A model generated the notes under the pieces. It saw only the letters and a program-made list of their open reading frames with translations. It searched no databases and was not told the DNA's origin. The translations under genes were made by a program, and so were the position numbers. Source: Gonapodya sp. JEL0774 (Eukaryota). From it: 64,000 nucleotides of DNA. How positions within the stretch are numbered: position 1 is the first letter of the stretch; every line of letters begins with the position of its first letter. Location of the stretch: NCBI GenBank assembly GCA_027604505.1, contig JADIIX010000001.1:124001-188000 (forward strand), given 5' to 3'. Of the stretch, positions 39,392 to 51,231 are shown piece after piece.

Positions 39392-41490
39392 TTACCGTCC
39401 GAGCTCTTGTCGCTTCTGCTTAAAGCGTTGCAAAAAGTAACGCTCGAGAGCGTTTGCGCATTTGACATAAGGAGTAGCCGGTTCATTGTACTGCCGACAG
39501 TTGTCGAAGATCTTTTGAACATCCTGATGTAGAACACCAGGGCATCAACTCGCGACCTCTTGAATCTCAGAAAATTCAGCATACTACCCACTCTTGCGAA
39601 CTCTTCCATCGTCTCGTACGCCCCTTCATCTACCTTGGTGCCAAGAGTCCGCAGATCCATCGGTTCTTTGATGATCTCGTAGTAGTCCGGAACACCGGCA
39701 ACTGGCTCAAGAAAAGGCCATGCCTGGTTGTGTTTCTTGAGATCGCTGGCTAGTTGTGACATTGCAGCCCAGAGTGGACCGCGAGGAGCAGGTGGTTGAC
39801 GACGAGGCCTAAAGTGGAACAGCTTAATGAGACAGCTCGTTTCATGGAAGCGACTCCATCATCACAAACATGTTTTCCATATCCAAACTCCATCCGGCTT
39901 CTTTGACACCTGGGATGCTCATCGGATCGATTTCGTATACTTGACGTGTCTTGAACGCATCAATACCAGGGTATACTATATGGGACCTGGTAGTCTGCTT
40001 GATTTTTTCGAGGACAGCCTTGATGTGAAGAGCCGGGAACCAGGAAAGAGTTAGCTCGAGATCGCGGGGCATTGTGTACCAGAAAGTCATCTAGCAAACA
40101 AACCTGCTTTTGGATGTCCAAAATCTCAAACATTTGAAGGTACTGAACCTTCTCAAGCATAGTACATTGCATGAGTGTCCCTCCCTCGTAGTCTTTTATG
40201 TATCCGACCCACACACTTCGGTCAAGCGTAATCTCAGTGGTGAACCCTTGCTTCTTGAAATATCCAATCGCATAATTGTCGGCATATGTGAGAAAATGCA
40301 ACATCCCTTGCGGTCGCACGAAGTCCTTCAAATGTGACATTAAAAGAGCACCGTATCCCTGCAAACATGACAAATGTGGGTAAATGTCCACAGCGCCAGA
40401 CCTTCATCGTTGTAGCTACCCACTTTAACTTGTTCAGTCGAAGATATCGCACAGAATACAATCTCGGCAAATTTGCGATGTACAAACGGCCGATATGTGA
40501 TCCCACCAACAACCTTCAGATTGTCACGAACGATGGCCATTCCCACGTGATTTCTTTCGTGTTGAGAGATTAGTTTAGCCGAAATGTGACATGACGAAAC
40601 TTGAGCATCCTTCATCTCAGAAGCTCACCGATCGTAGACAAGTCGAGCAATGTATTCTTTTGGCATTTTTGGCAATTGCTTCTGGAAGATGTTCTTGAGA
40701 CCCGTGAGGATAATCATAGACTTTCGGTCACCATCATTGACGACAGTCTCGAATCTGATGATGCCCTTCTCCTCCTCTTCACGAGCAACTGTATGGCGTT
40801 TGGAGCGCGGCGGTCCCTGACAGGATTAACAGGTTGTTACGCGAAACCTTTCAGAACCTATAACAGAGTTAAGCGGCGTGTAGCAAAAAGTATCAGGGCG
40901 AACAATAGCCTGGCATCTTTGGAGCCATGGTGTACACTAGCATCTCCTTGGAGCACTTGCAAATGACCCCCAAGCACATCTGGCGACCATGCCACCACAT
41001 CAGTCTCGACTATCTTTCCTTCAATGCAAGTCCGTGTACAGTATAACTTGTTATTCTCAAGAGATCCAATAATTGTGTGATCCGTTCATGAATTCAGAAC
41101 ACGATTCCTTCTTGCGACCCCCTCCGCACGCACCTCATCTTTTTGTTCTTCTTCTGTTTCTTCTTCCCCTTCTTTGCTCTCCTCTGTCACGCCGTCCCCT
41201 GGCGGGTAGGCATCGTCAGTCTGAACATTGGGATCTCTATTCTCATCGTCGCCGTCCCCTTGTGAGTCCACATCAAGCCCAGCACCAGAAAAATCATCTC
41301 CCGTACCAACTCCAGAGACCACTGAGCCAGCCGAGTCGATCCTGGACCGTTTGGGTGCACTCCCGTCTCTCCTTGGCTCGTCTTCGTCGATGCCCCCAAG
41401 TTTCCGTTTTGAAGGCGCATTCGAGGATGCAAAAGAATTTCCAGAACTAGAAAGACCCGTTGGAGGATAAATGTGATAGGGATTCGCCAT
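39392..41490 (-). CDS. GCN5: Histone acetyltransferase Gcn5 (GNAT domain plus bromodomain)
   Basis: [53 protein letters not shown]; bromodomain [22 protein letters not shown]...IFDNCRQYN. Confidence 0.97.
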
Positions 41491-41674
41491 GAGATTCTCT
41501 GAAATTCTCCTTTATAAGTGTAGTTGGACGCTATGGTATATGTACGAAGACAGATTCCGCCCAATACATAATTACATTCAATGCTTCAAAACTGGGAGCA
41601 ACAAAAATGCTAGAACGATAGTGCTTATATAGTAAGATAGTTGTAAATGCTTTGGTGGAAGTTCAAGTCGACTG

Positions 41675-44357
41675 TTAGCGTTTTGGTCGGTAATCCACCA
41701 GCCATTCAAGTGACGTTGAATCTATTCCAGATGCTGCTGCACCAGATGGAGAAATATCCGTCAAGAAAGCTGACATGACAGAAGGATCAGAACTAATCTT
41801 GAAGTCGATAAACTGACAACAATTATGATGTGAAACACAAGGCGCGTAGTAACAGTTTCCAACGTCCACTGACCGTGTCATTCCACCCGCTTTCAATCTT
41901 AGCTACCTCAAACCAAGCGGCGGCTTTGAGCAATGAGAACTCCGCACGCGTTGTTTCATTAAGAAGAAGCCTCCACATCCCCTGCTTCTGCTCCAGAGCA
42001 GTAGCACCTTGAAAATGAAGTTGATACATAACAGACTCCTCAGTCGATCAAATCAAATTTCAGAAGCTTACCGGTCCCATTTGGCCAATGATAAACACCA
42101 AACTCGGCGAAAATGAATGGTTTGGTCTTGTTTTGAGCATACACGTGATAGAAAGATTCGCTGACGGTTGCACCTGTCAAAATTTCTTTACCAGTGATTG
42201 TCCGCACAAGGTAGTCACGATCTGGAACGAAGTTGTCGATGTCTAAAAGACAAAGTGTACGAGATTAGTGGAGAGAGCGATACAAGAGGTGATAGCAACA
42301 TACAGGGGAAGTACGGTCCGTAATCTATGACAAGAGCGGGAGTTTAAAATCAGCCTTCTCGAGGCACAAGCAAGAACTTACAGTACAAAGTCCCCCCAAC
42401 CCAGTCTGTTTCCCAGCATTTTGAAACAGGTTGAGCCGGTGATAAGAACACGCATTTGAAGCAAGGCCTTACCAACTACATCATCTCCAGGATAATATGG
42501 TTGATCTGCCGCCAGTTTTCTGCAGTCAGCTTCAGTAAGAAAGAAAGATGATGATGAACAGACTCACAAGGCGCATCACCAGAATCAAGAACCCCGTTCT
42601 GAAAGCGTTCCCATCTTTGAGTCTAGAAAGTGGCAAAGGAAGGCGGGTTTCACTTACTCCGTTCGTGTCTAGGGCGGCAAACTCGGACGAATTAACAGGT
42701 GGTACCATACGTTGGTCGTAGGGATATGAGTCAGAGATAGTCGGAGCCCATAGCATTGATGTATTAGGAGCGATATTATGAAAAGTTGTAGCAACTCTTC
42801 GGAATGTGCTAACGTAGAGCAGCGGCTGACGTCCCTGTAGGAGCAGAACGGAGGATGTTGGGACAGTACAGAAATTGTGACTATCAATTACAGGTCTCAC
42901 CCTGTAAACAAATTAACCAACACAACATTCATAAGTTTGGTCACGTGAACATATCAAAAAGATATACACTCTCCGGATACACACCAGGGATACCATCCGC
43001 CATTGCATTCATGCGCGAATCGGACTATCACAGGGTGCTTCTGATTTACGATCCAGAGCGCTTGCGCGTAGAGATTTATGAGGTCATCAGTGACGGCTGT
43101 GTCGCGGGACGCAATCAGTGAGCACTTCAGCGGTTCGAATCGCCAAGCAATCTCTATTTTGCATCACCAGAAAGACCGTCTGTCGGCATTAGAGTGAGCT
43201 CAATCACCCCACCATCCGGAAAATTGCCACTCCCAACCACTTGATTCGTCATGTTCGATGCTAATAGCTTCGGTGAAATTCAAGAACTCAACGCCCAACA
43301 GAGTCAGTTCCTCACCAAGAGACGCCGGATCGGTGATGTTGGTAGGCATGTTCCAAAATGTGTTGACGAGCTTGGGCAAAACCCCATTATTAACGTTGCC
43401 TTTCCAAGGGAAGGCAATGTTCCCGAAGTCTTCATCAATGCTGACACCAAACCACATTTTCCCAAGTGGTGGGAGACCCGAGGCTATACCTATTATTGCC
43501 AAAAATCACTTTACTTCAAATTCGTACGGTATTGTCCACTCATTTGTGCTCACGAGGTGCGTTGGGAGGGTACTCCTCTGCGGCTTGAGTAGGCTTGAGA
43601 GCTGGAAGTTCGGTTCCAATCACAGGTCAGTCATCTTTTCATTCTCATTTCATAGTGTGACATGTCTCACTCGTTGACGTCGTTGGTAATAAGGTGGTAG
43701 TGGTACGTGTTGATGTTATGGGACCAGGTGTGGAGGAGGACGCAGAGGACAAGAGTGTTGCACCCTGTTGGGATGCTCCAGCGGCTGTGTTGGAAGTATG
43801 GAGGTGAGTGACTTCGTGCGTTTGCAAAAACAGCTTTGGCACTGCTCGCCTTGCATGTCAGCCGTGCTATTGGTGCTGGAGCTTCCTCCAAATATCCGAT
43901 CCCGAAAGACAGCGAGAATAACTCCGGCTCCTACAGCACTTCCAATAACAAACGTGACGACAGCTCCATGAAGAGAATCAGGTAATCAAAGCGAAATCGT
44001 TCATCCAGAAGAAGAATATGTGATAAGTAGGGATTTGACATTAAGGGATACCGAATTGGGAAAGAACATACTTATTACAGCCATTATCCTCTTCCGCCAT
44101 CCAACGGTACCTATCGACACCGTGGACGCTGGCGTGTACGACTTAATGGGCGCCTCAGGAGCGGAAGTGGGTGGGTATCGAGTTCCGCCACCGCCATCCC
44201 AATATCCAACATTTCTTCTCCCCAATGAATACGGAACCTCTTCGTCTGATTCAATCAGCAATATGCGCGAAGACGACGAGCTGATCCCGCTCATCCCGTG
44301 AGTTCGGGGAAACAGTTCGGAGTTGTGGGAGTTTGGAATGGCGACCAAAGTTGCCAT
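41675..44357 (-). CDS. Type II membrane-anchored glycoside hydrolase, family GH26
   Basis: Cytosolic N-terminus, single TM (IMAVITVVTFVIGSAVGAGVILAVF), S/T linker; catalytic motifs RFAHECNGGWYPW, YYPGDDVV|DWVG and KPFIFAEFG. Confidence 0.8.
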
Positions 44358-44958
44358 GCTGTGTTTGGAATAACAACAAGGGGGAGAATTAGTTCCCCTC
44401 AGCTCCCCACTCCCAATATCAAGAGATACGTGCACGATGTAAATGGAAGATCAAAAGCCAAAGATCTGATCTCTTAATGTAAATTCCTGCGATGGCCGTA
44501 TCGTTACTCCTAGTCTCAGGAGATCAGTTCTTCTGCTGCCTGTTCAGGAATTCGTTTGAGAGCAACCAAATGAGATTCGCAGACGCTACGACCAAGGACA
44601 CTTGATTGATAAGATATAGATGAATGCAATTATGGCCGATCGGGGCATCAGAGACTGCTGGCAAGTGTGGATCGAAGTCGGAGTATCATTCTCAAACCCA
44701 CACCCTGATATCTCCATAACGACCAATGATTTCGACCTCCGCTTCGGTCAAAGTACACTTTGAGATAATGGTAACATGCTACGTTTTACAGAATTAAGAT
44801 CCGCACTTGTGGGGTGGGGACTTGGTTTCTCCACCACTCAGACCTATGAACCCGTCTTCCTGTACGTTGAAAATATGCTCATTCGACGATCATGCAAGCC
44901 GAAAACATAATATCCACAATAAATTGCAAACTAAATGGCCCTCTCCGCCTCAAGGCTT

Positions 44959-47525
44959 TCATGCAATTGCAGCTAATAACAACGCATAAATCACCGCACC
45001 CGCTGTCCAAAGCCAGTGACCTCTTGCGTCAACCCTGGCCCTCGCACCCGACCCTTTACTTGATGTCGTGGTAGGTGACGCTGCCGCTGCTGAGGAGTTC
45101 CCGCAAGAACCGACAGGTGAACAGATCTGGGCAAAGCCCACAGAGTTTGTTCCCCGGTTGAAAACGGTATAGTAGTTCCTGCAGGCCAGGTTATGCCAAC
45201 GTCATCGATGTATATAATTGCAAGGAGGTGAAGCTTCAGGTCTTCGACATCGCTTCACAAGAAATTTTGTCACTTACCTCAATAACACGTCACCGATAAT
45301 CCAAAGGTTCTTCACAGAAGAACCTCCGTCCTCGATGGTCAGGTAACATACGGATCTGCCTCCAGTCGTATCCATGATGACGAGGTCAATGCCTTGCACT
45401 GTCAGAATGACATTCTGGACTACATTGAGATTCACAGTACCCGCGCAGTGTTTGCAAAGTGGTCAGATGTGAATCAAACTTATCCCGCGACATTTGTGGG
45501 AGCCACACGCTATTGCCACATAGCACTCACAAGTAAATTTCAAATCCGGCATGTTGTTGGCAACATTACAGTCGATGGTATATATGCCCGATCCAGCCAA
45601 CGAACCTGTCGCAGCGGTTGCACCCACAGCGGCAGCAATGTTCTTCATGGAGGATGTGGGCACCACGATCAGCGACGTTCCAGTGTCGATGACGGCAGTC
45701 TGCGCTGTGGTGGTGGACCCCGTCTGATAGACCGTCGTGTTTGCAATGGCAACCTTTTGTATGCCAATCTCCCAATATCCCTGCCTGACCACGTCATTGT
45801 AAACAACTCCACCAGTCCCGACCAGCGGGGAGTAGATGCCGCCAAAGGTGAGAATTCCACCGTGATAATTGAAGTCCTCGACGACGTTGTCGACGACGGT
45901 TGTGTTGAGGTAGAACGAGAAGATAGGCTGAGGGACAAGATTCTGGTTCATCATAAGAGTGAAAGGCGAGGTGACGTTGCCTTCCGCGAGCGACTGATTC
46001 AGTGAGAAACCGATTGTTAAGCGTCGAATGGCATTCCTCTGGTCCCGATCTCTGACGATCGACGAGTGTTCATCACTTACATCGTATCCCAAACCAAACA
46101 ATCCATCGAAACCAACAGACTGAAATGTGGCGGTGGATGTTGCCGAGGTTGCTTTGAAAACTTGGCCAAAGCCAGCCGAGGGAACAGTAATGCCCACAAC
46201 TGTCAAAGTGTCCTTGTTTTGGTTAGAGAGAGAAGTATACGGGAGATGTGTGTTGAGACAGCGGGGAAAGTAATTTCGAAAGTCAAAGAATCCATTAGTA
46301 CAGTTCTCCACTGGGACACGTACCTGCCCCGTGGTCGCTACCACTGTCCCACTTCCATAAGCCAAGGTCAACTGATTTGTGTTGACTGTTGAGGTCCCTC
46401 CGGTTGTGCCCTGGCTCGTCACGGCGACAGTGGTCGATGAATAGGTGGACGATTTCGCTGAGTTGAATGTGGGGTGCTTGTAGCACACGGAACTAGAGGA
46501 GGTGTTGACGCAAGTCGAGCCGAAGACCCAGAGATTGGAGGAGCCGGTGTCTGTGGGTGGAGGCGATGTGTGTCGTACAATGCGACAACGAGGTGATATA
46601 AGAGCGCACTCGGAAACATAAAGCACTCAAACAAAAAACGACGAACACTGACCAAAAACGACCTGAAAGCTTTGACCCGGAGTTCCCATACTAATAGCAC
46701 CATCTATCGTGGGTCGGACGGGGAGTGATAGTCATTGCATGAGGGAGTTGGAGAGATCGGATGAGAGGGTGTCAGCAAAACCAAAGCTGAGCCGTCGCAT
46801 CAAGAGCCACTCCATTGCCAAGGCATGGTGGCTGAGAAGCATGCTCCCCCACACTTCGTGATCGGCAAGTCACAGGTGTGAACACTTTATGACCATCTTT
46901 TTTGTTGAACTTCCTGCGCTTGAAGCAACGCTTCGGTAGCGAGAGAAGCATAGCTTTGCAAAATTACAGAGAACTCACAGTATGTGGCATCCTGGTTGTC
47001 AATCAGCGTAAGACTGCTTTGCCTCTTCTCCGCCCTCCTCCGCCTCCTTGCCGCGCCCACCGTCGATCCACCCAGCGTCTCAAAGGCTTCGATGTTAGCC
47101 TCATTCTTCATTACTTCAACTTCTGTACCCGCCCACGATCTGCCAAATTTGTGTTGGACGTTGGCGAGTTGGCGTGTCAAGAACGACAACGGTGAACCGG
47201 TTCCGTTCACGCCCAGGCTTGCATACAAGCGAATGTGATTGTACTGCGATGTTACAAAGGACTCGTTGGAGGGGAGAGCGTTAATATCGCGACGACTGAG
47301 AGGTGTGAGATTGGAGGAGAGTAAGGCGGTGGCGTGGTCATCAAGGACAGGTGCGGAGGCGAGACGAGGTTGGGGAATAAGTTCCCTGGGAGACTGAGTA
47401 GTGGGTGGCACTGCCGCGTAGGAATGTGATGGGGCCAGGTTGAAGAAGAAAGCAGAAACCGCGAGGGCGAGGAGCGGTGCCGCACGAGTGCGGCGAGATT
47501 GCCGGGTAGGTGGAGGATTTTGCAT
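44959..47525 (-). CDS. Pepsin-like (A1) aspartic protease, probably GPI-anchored
   Basis: Signal peptide; KR site before QSSLTLIDNQD; VVF|DTGSSNLWV, FDGLFGLGY and VIDTGTSLI; S/T tail with a hydrophobic C-terminus. Confidence 0.9.
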
Positions 47526-48356
47526 TGTTCTCGAGGAGATACGTTGATGTTGGCAGTGATTATGTAGCTTGGCTTACACGGACTTTCGCCAAGAGATTGA
47601 TTGTCAAATGTGGGAGTGGGTCTCCTCTTCCACTGGGAGTCTATTAGGGACAGATGCCCACGCTGAGTCCAGAGCTTTCCAGTCTAGGGTATTCGGCGAA
47701 ATGATTATAGTTCCCGGGTTCTTGGCGGTGTCGACGAAACCCAGGGGAGAAAGGTGCTGATCATCCATCATCCATCGTCAGCTCTCCAACCATCAAAGCA
47801 CAAAAAACAAGTCTGATGCGTCTTTCCCCCGCTTACATTTTTGACGGCGGTTTACTCTGTGTTCACCTTTCGCGTTCTGGTCCGGCCTGGTCACAAATTA
47901 TGCCCTCTTCAACCTTTTTGGGTGATCAGATCAGCACCACTGAAACGGGTCTCCCCAGGTCTCCGCATCCCTCACTATCACGCTCAACCAAAACAATCGA
48001 CTTCATACAATAGTATACTTTATATTCCTGAGATTTTATCAGTTCATATCAATGATTTCGGCGACGTCTTGCTGGGTGTTGGTGACAATATATGTCAACT
48101 CCACAATTTGAAGCACCCTCAAACAAATGCGCAAGCACTCGGAAGGACCAATAGGTGTACTGGACCGCTGAAACGAGAGCAGTTGAACTCACTGCTTTTG
48201 ATTGGGGGAAGTTTGGAAGTTTGGAACCGTTTTCATGCGGCTCTGCCTCCCACCATAGAAAGTGTGGCAGTCATTTATTACATAGTGTGATTCTCCATTT
48301 TTGGAAAGCGTCACCTTTTGGAAAGCACCACCACTTCGCTCTCTTCTCAAGCTTCG

Positions 48357-50965
48357 ATGAGCGCAGGATCGTCGAACTCAAAGGGACGATGGCCGTCTAA
48401 AAGTTTTGGAAGGGGCTGTGGGCAACGAACCATCGCAGTACTGGCGGTGTCCCTATGTTTCTTCCTCCTCACCGGAGCTCCGTGGACAGCCTCTGCCCAG
48501 TTATCTTCAGACTCCCAAGGCTCCTCAGTCCGCCTCTTCTATGTTCCAAAGCTCGGACTGGACTTTGCTGCCCGACCCGTCTCGTCAAATTCAGAAACTT
48601 CCGACTCGGTCGCTCTGATTTTCCTCGAATCGGTGGCTATCCGTGCAAGGCGGAAGTATTCTGACAAACTATCGGTAGCGGACGGGTCTGGAACCTCGGC
48701 GCTCACAAAGAGACAGTCCACCATTGTATTGACAGACGATAACGATGTCTCATACTGTGGGTGATTACATTACTGTGGTTTTTGCTAGACCGTTTTGCTG
48801 CTCGTGGAATGATGAGGGATCAGGTGATGGCATTGGGATTCCAGGAGCAATCATTTCTGGAGGCCTACCTCTCCTAACATCAGGAAACTGCAGGAGCTTT
48901 CAAAGCCTGAAAATCTTGAAGACATGTGCCAGAGCTTTTCGCAAAGGAGATGTGACACATTAGGATATCGTGGATACCTCTTGGTTGATGAGTGTGGTTT
49001 CTCGGTCCAATACGCCGCATATGTGTTCGAGATCCCCGCAGCGCGGCTGCTACTGGCTGAAATTACCACGCCAATTGCGAACTGATGATTCTCGATTAAA
49101 TAGACGGCACAATTACCCTCGGCACACCGGCCCAACAATTCAACGTCCTGTTTGGTGAGTTGGGAGTCCCTCGAACGGTGGTACTCCAACATCACTCGCT
49201 TTCTCACCCAAACGCACTCCAAAAACAAACCTGTCCCATTTACTAGATACGGGCTCTTCCAATCTCTGGGTGTACTCGACCCTCTGCCTCCCCACCTGTT
49301 CCTCTCACCGTACTTTTTCCTCGGATAACTCAACCACATTCTCGGACTACAACACAACAGGAATCACAGGAACGAATACGACGGCAACAGCAGTGCTGCA
49401 GTATGGGAGCGGCACGCTGGCGGGAGTTGTGGGGACGGTGAGTAGAAGAGAACTTCCAAAAATGACCCAATGCGATTGTGTGGAAGTGTCTCTCCTCCTT
49501 CGGTCAACTGCGGGGATCAAAACGACCAGAATAGCATCTGACCTAGCTGGAAGATTGTCGTGTCCAGATAGAGAGCACCTTTTGTTGTAAGATATCGCAC
49601 TGTTCCGCTGATCGCCAGAATTTGGTTCCATTGTTGGTCTTCTTTGGGTGCTCATACTTTCCTTCCTCTCTCCTTTGACCAATGATTCGCCGTTCTCAAG
49701 GACACACTGCGAATCGGCAGCGTCGCCCTCTCCGGCACCACTTTCATTAGAGCTTCGTCCGCTCAAGCGGCGGCGGGAACCGGGGGGTTCCCCACAGTGT
49801 ACGATGGTATTTTAGGGTTGGGGTATGAGGTAAGGGAGTATGTTTCTCGTTCGGAACCATGGAAGTGTGCTGTTTATTCCATTGTTAATTCCAATTTATC
49901 CGCCGGCGTGTTCACTCTCTGTTGGTGTCATCCGTGCATTAATGGCCTGCAGGCCAAGGAGGCCACGGGTCTCAACCTCACCACCCCTTTCACTGCTTTA
50001 GTCCAATCCAACGTGCTCCCGCAGCCCATTGTTTCTCTGTACCTCAATACCACCGTCGTGGGCAACACTATTACTCAAACGAACCCCCAGGGCGGCCTTA
50101 TCACTTTTGGAGGCTTCAATCAAGCTTTAGTTGGTCGAGGTGGTTTCACCTGGAATAAGGTCGTCACGAAGGGTTACTGGGAGATCGCCCTCACCTCAGT
50201 GGTACTCGGCAGCAATACCACTGTGTATTCGACGTCATCTGTCGGTGCGACGACTACCGCAGTCATCGATTCTGGAACATCGTATATTTTAGCTCCAACG
50301 TCTCATGTGCAAAGGCTGGCCGCTGCCGTGAATGCAACACGCGCCGGAACTCAGTTGGGGTCGGGTACATACACAATGGATTGTGCAGCGGCAGAGAACA
50401 TGCCCGATTTGACGATTAAGTGTGAGTAGGGGAAAGTAGGAACCACTGCATACCATGCGATAGAGTCATGTTTTGCATGTTTGTATCTTCGCTCATCGGT
50501 GTGCGTCGCGTGTCTCGAATCCCAGTCGCCTCAAGTACCGTTACCATTCCTGGTGCTGATCTCGTCATTCAAGATGCCTCAGTCGCTCCGCCTGCTTGCT
50601 ACATGCTCGTTCTCGATTTCGGAACCGAGAGCCAGTTTTGGTTGTTTGGGCAGGTACTTTTGAGGTGAGACCTGCAAAGCACTGTGCTACGAGGGCGTTT
50701 TCTTTGGACTTACATCCTCCTTCCTCTCTACAGGAAGTCATACACTGTTTTCAGCCGTGGTAACGATACGGTTGGATTTGCCGCTGTTTGCAACCCTCCC
50801 GGAAGCTGTTCCGGGTCTGTGTCGACCACCACCTCCTCCGCGACAGCGGCTGCCTCGCCTATCGCTACGGCTGCGGGCGGTCAGAAGGGTGGTGCAATGG
50901 GGAGATCGGGGGCTTCGCTGTGGACAGCGTTGATTACGACACTTGTGGGGCTGGCGGTATTATGA
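48357..50965 (+). CDS. Pepsin-like (A1) aspartic protease paralogue, probably GPI-anchored
   Basis: Signal anchor; KRQSTIVLTDDND; VLF|DTGSSNLWV, YDGILGLGY and VIDSGTSYI; hydrophobic C-terminus SLWTALITTLVGLAVL. Confidence 0.9.
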
Positions 50966-51231
50966 TTGTTTGGGGGTGGGGGGTGACATGGGAAACGGGG
51001 TATCAGACTATGATATGACGCCAAAAGTGAAGCTGGATTGCATTACCAGGTGCTTCGCATTCTTACTTTATTGTTTTGTGTGCAAATAGACGGACCATAC
51101 GATAGGTCGGAAGTGGTTGAGTTTGCTCAAAAACTGTTACTCATGTAAACTGTACAAAATAATCAATTCCCCGCAATGATCTCATCATACAAGAAACTCT
51201 TGAACCTGTGGCAAGCACAGTGTCGTGTTGA

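Noticed and set aside
43131..43142. GGTTCGAATC T-loop-like motif
   Set aside because: No cloverleaf or A-box, and it lies inside the GH26 gene. No tRNA, rRNA or CRISPR array was seen in the window.
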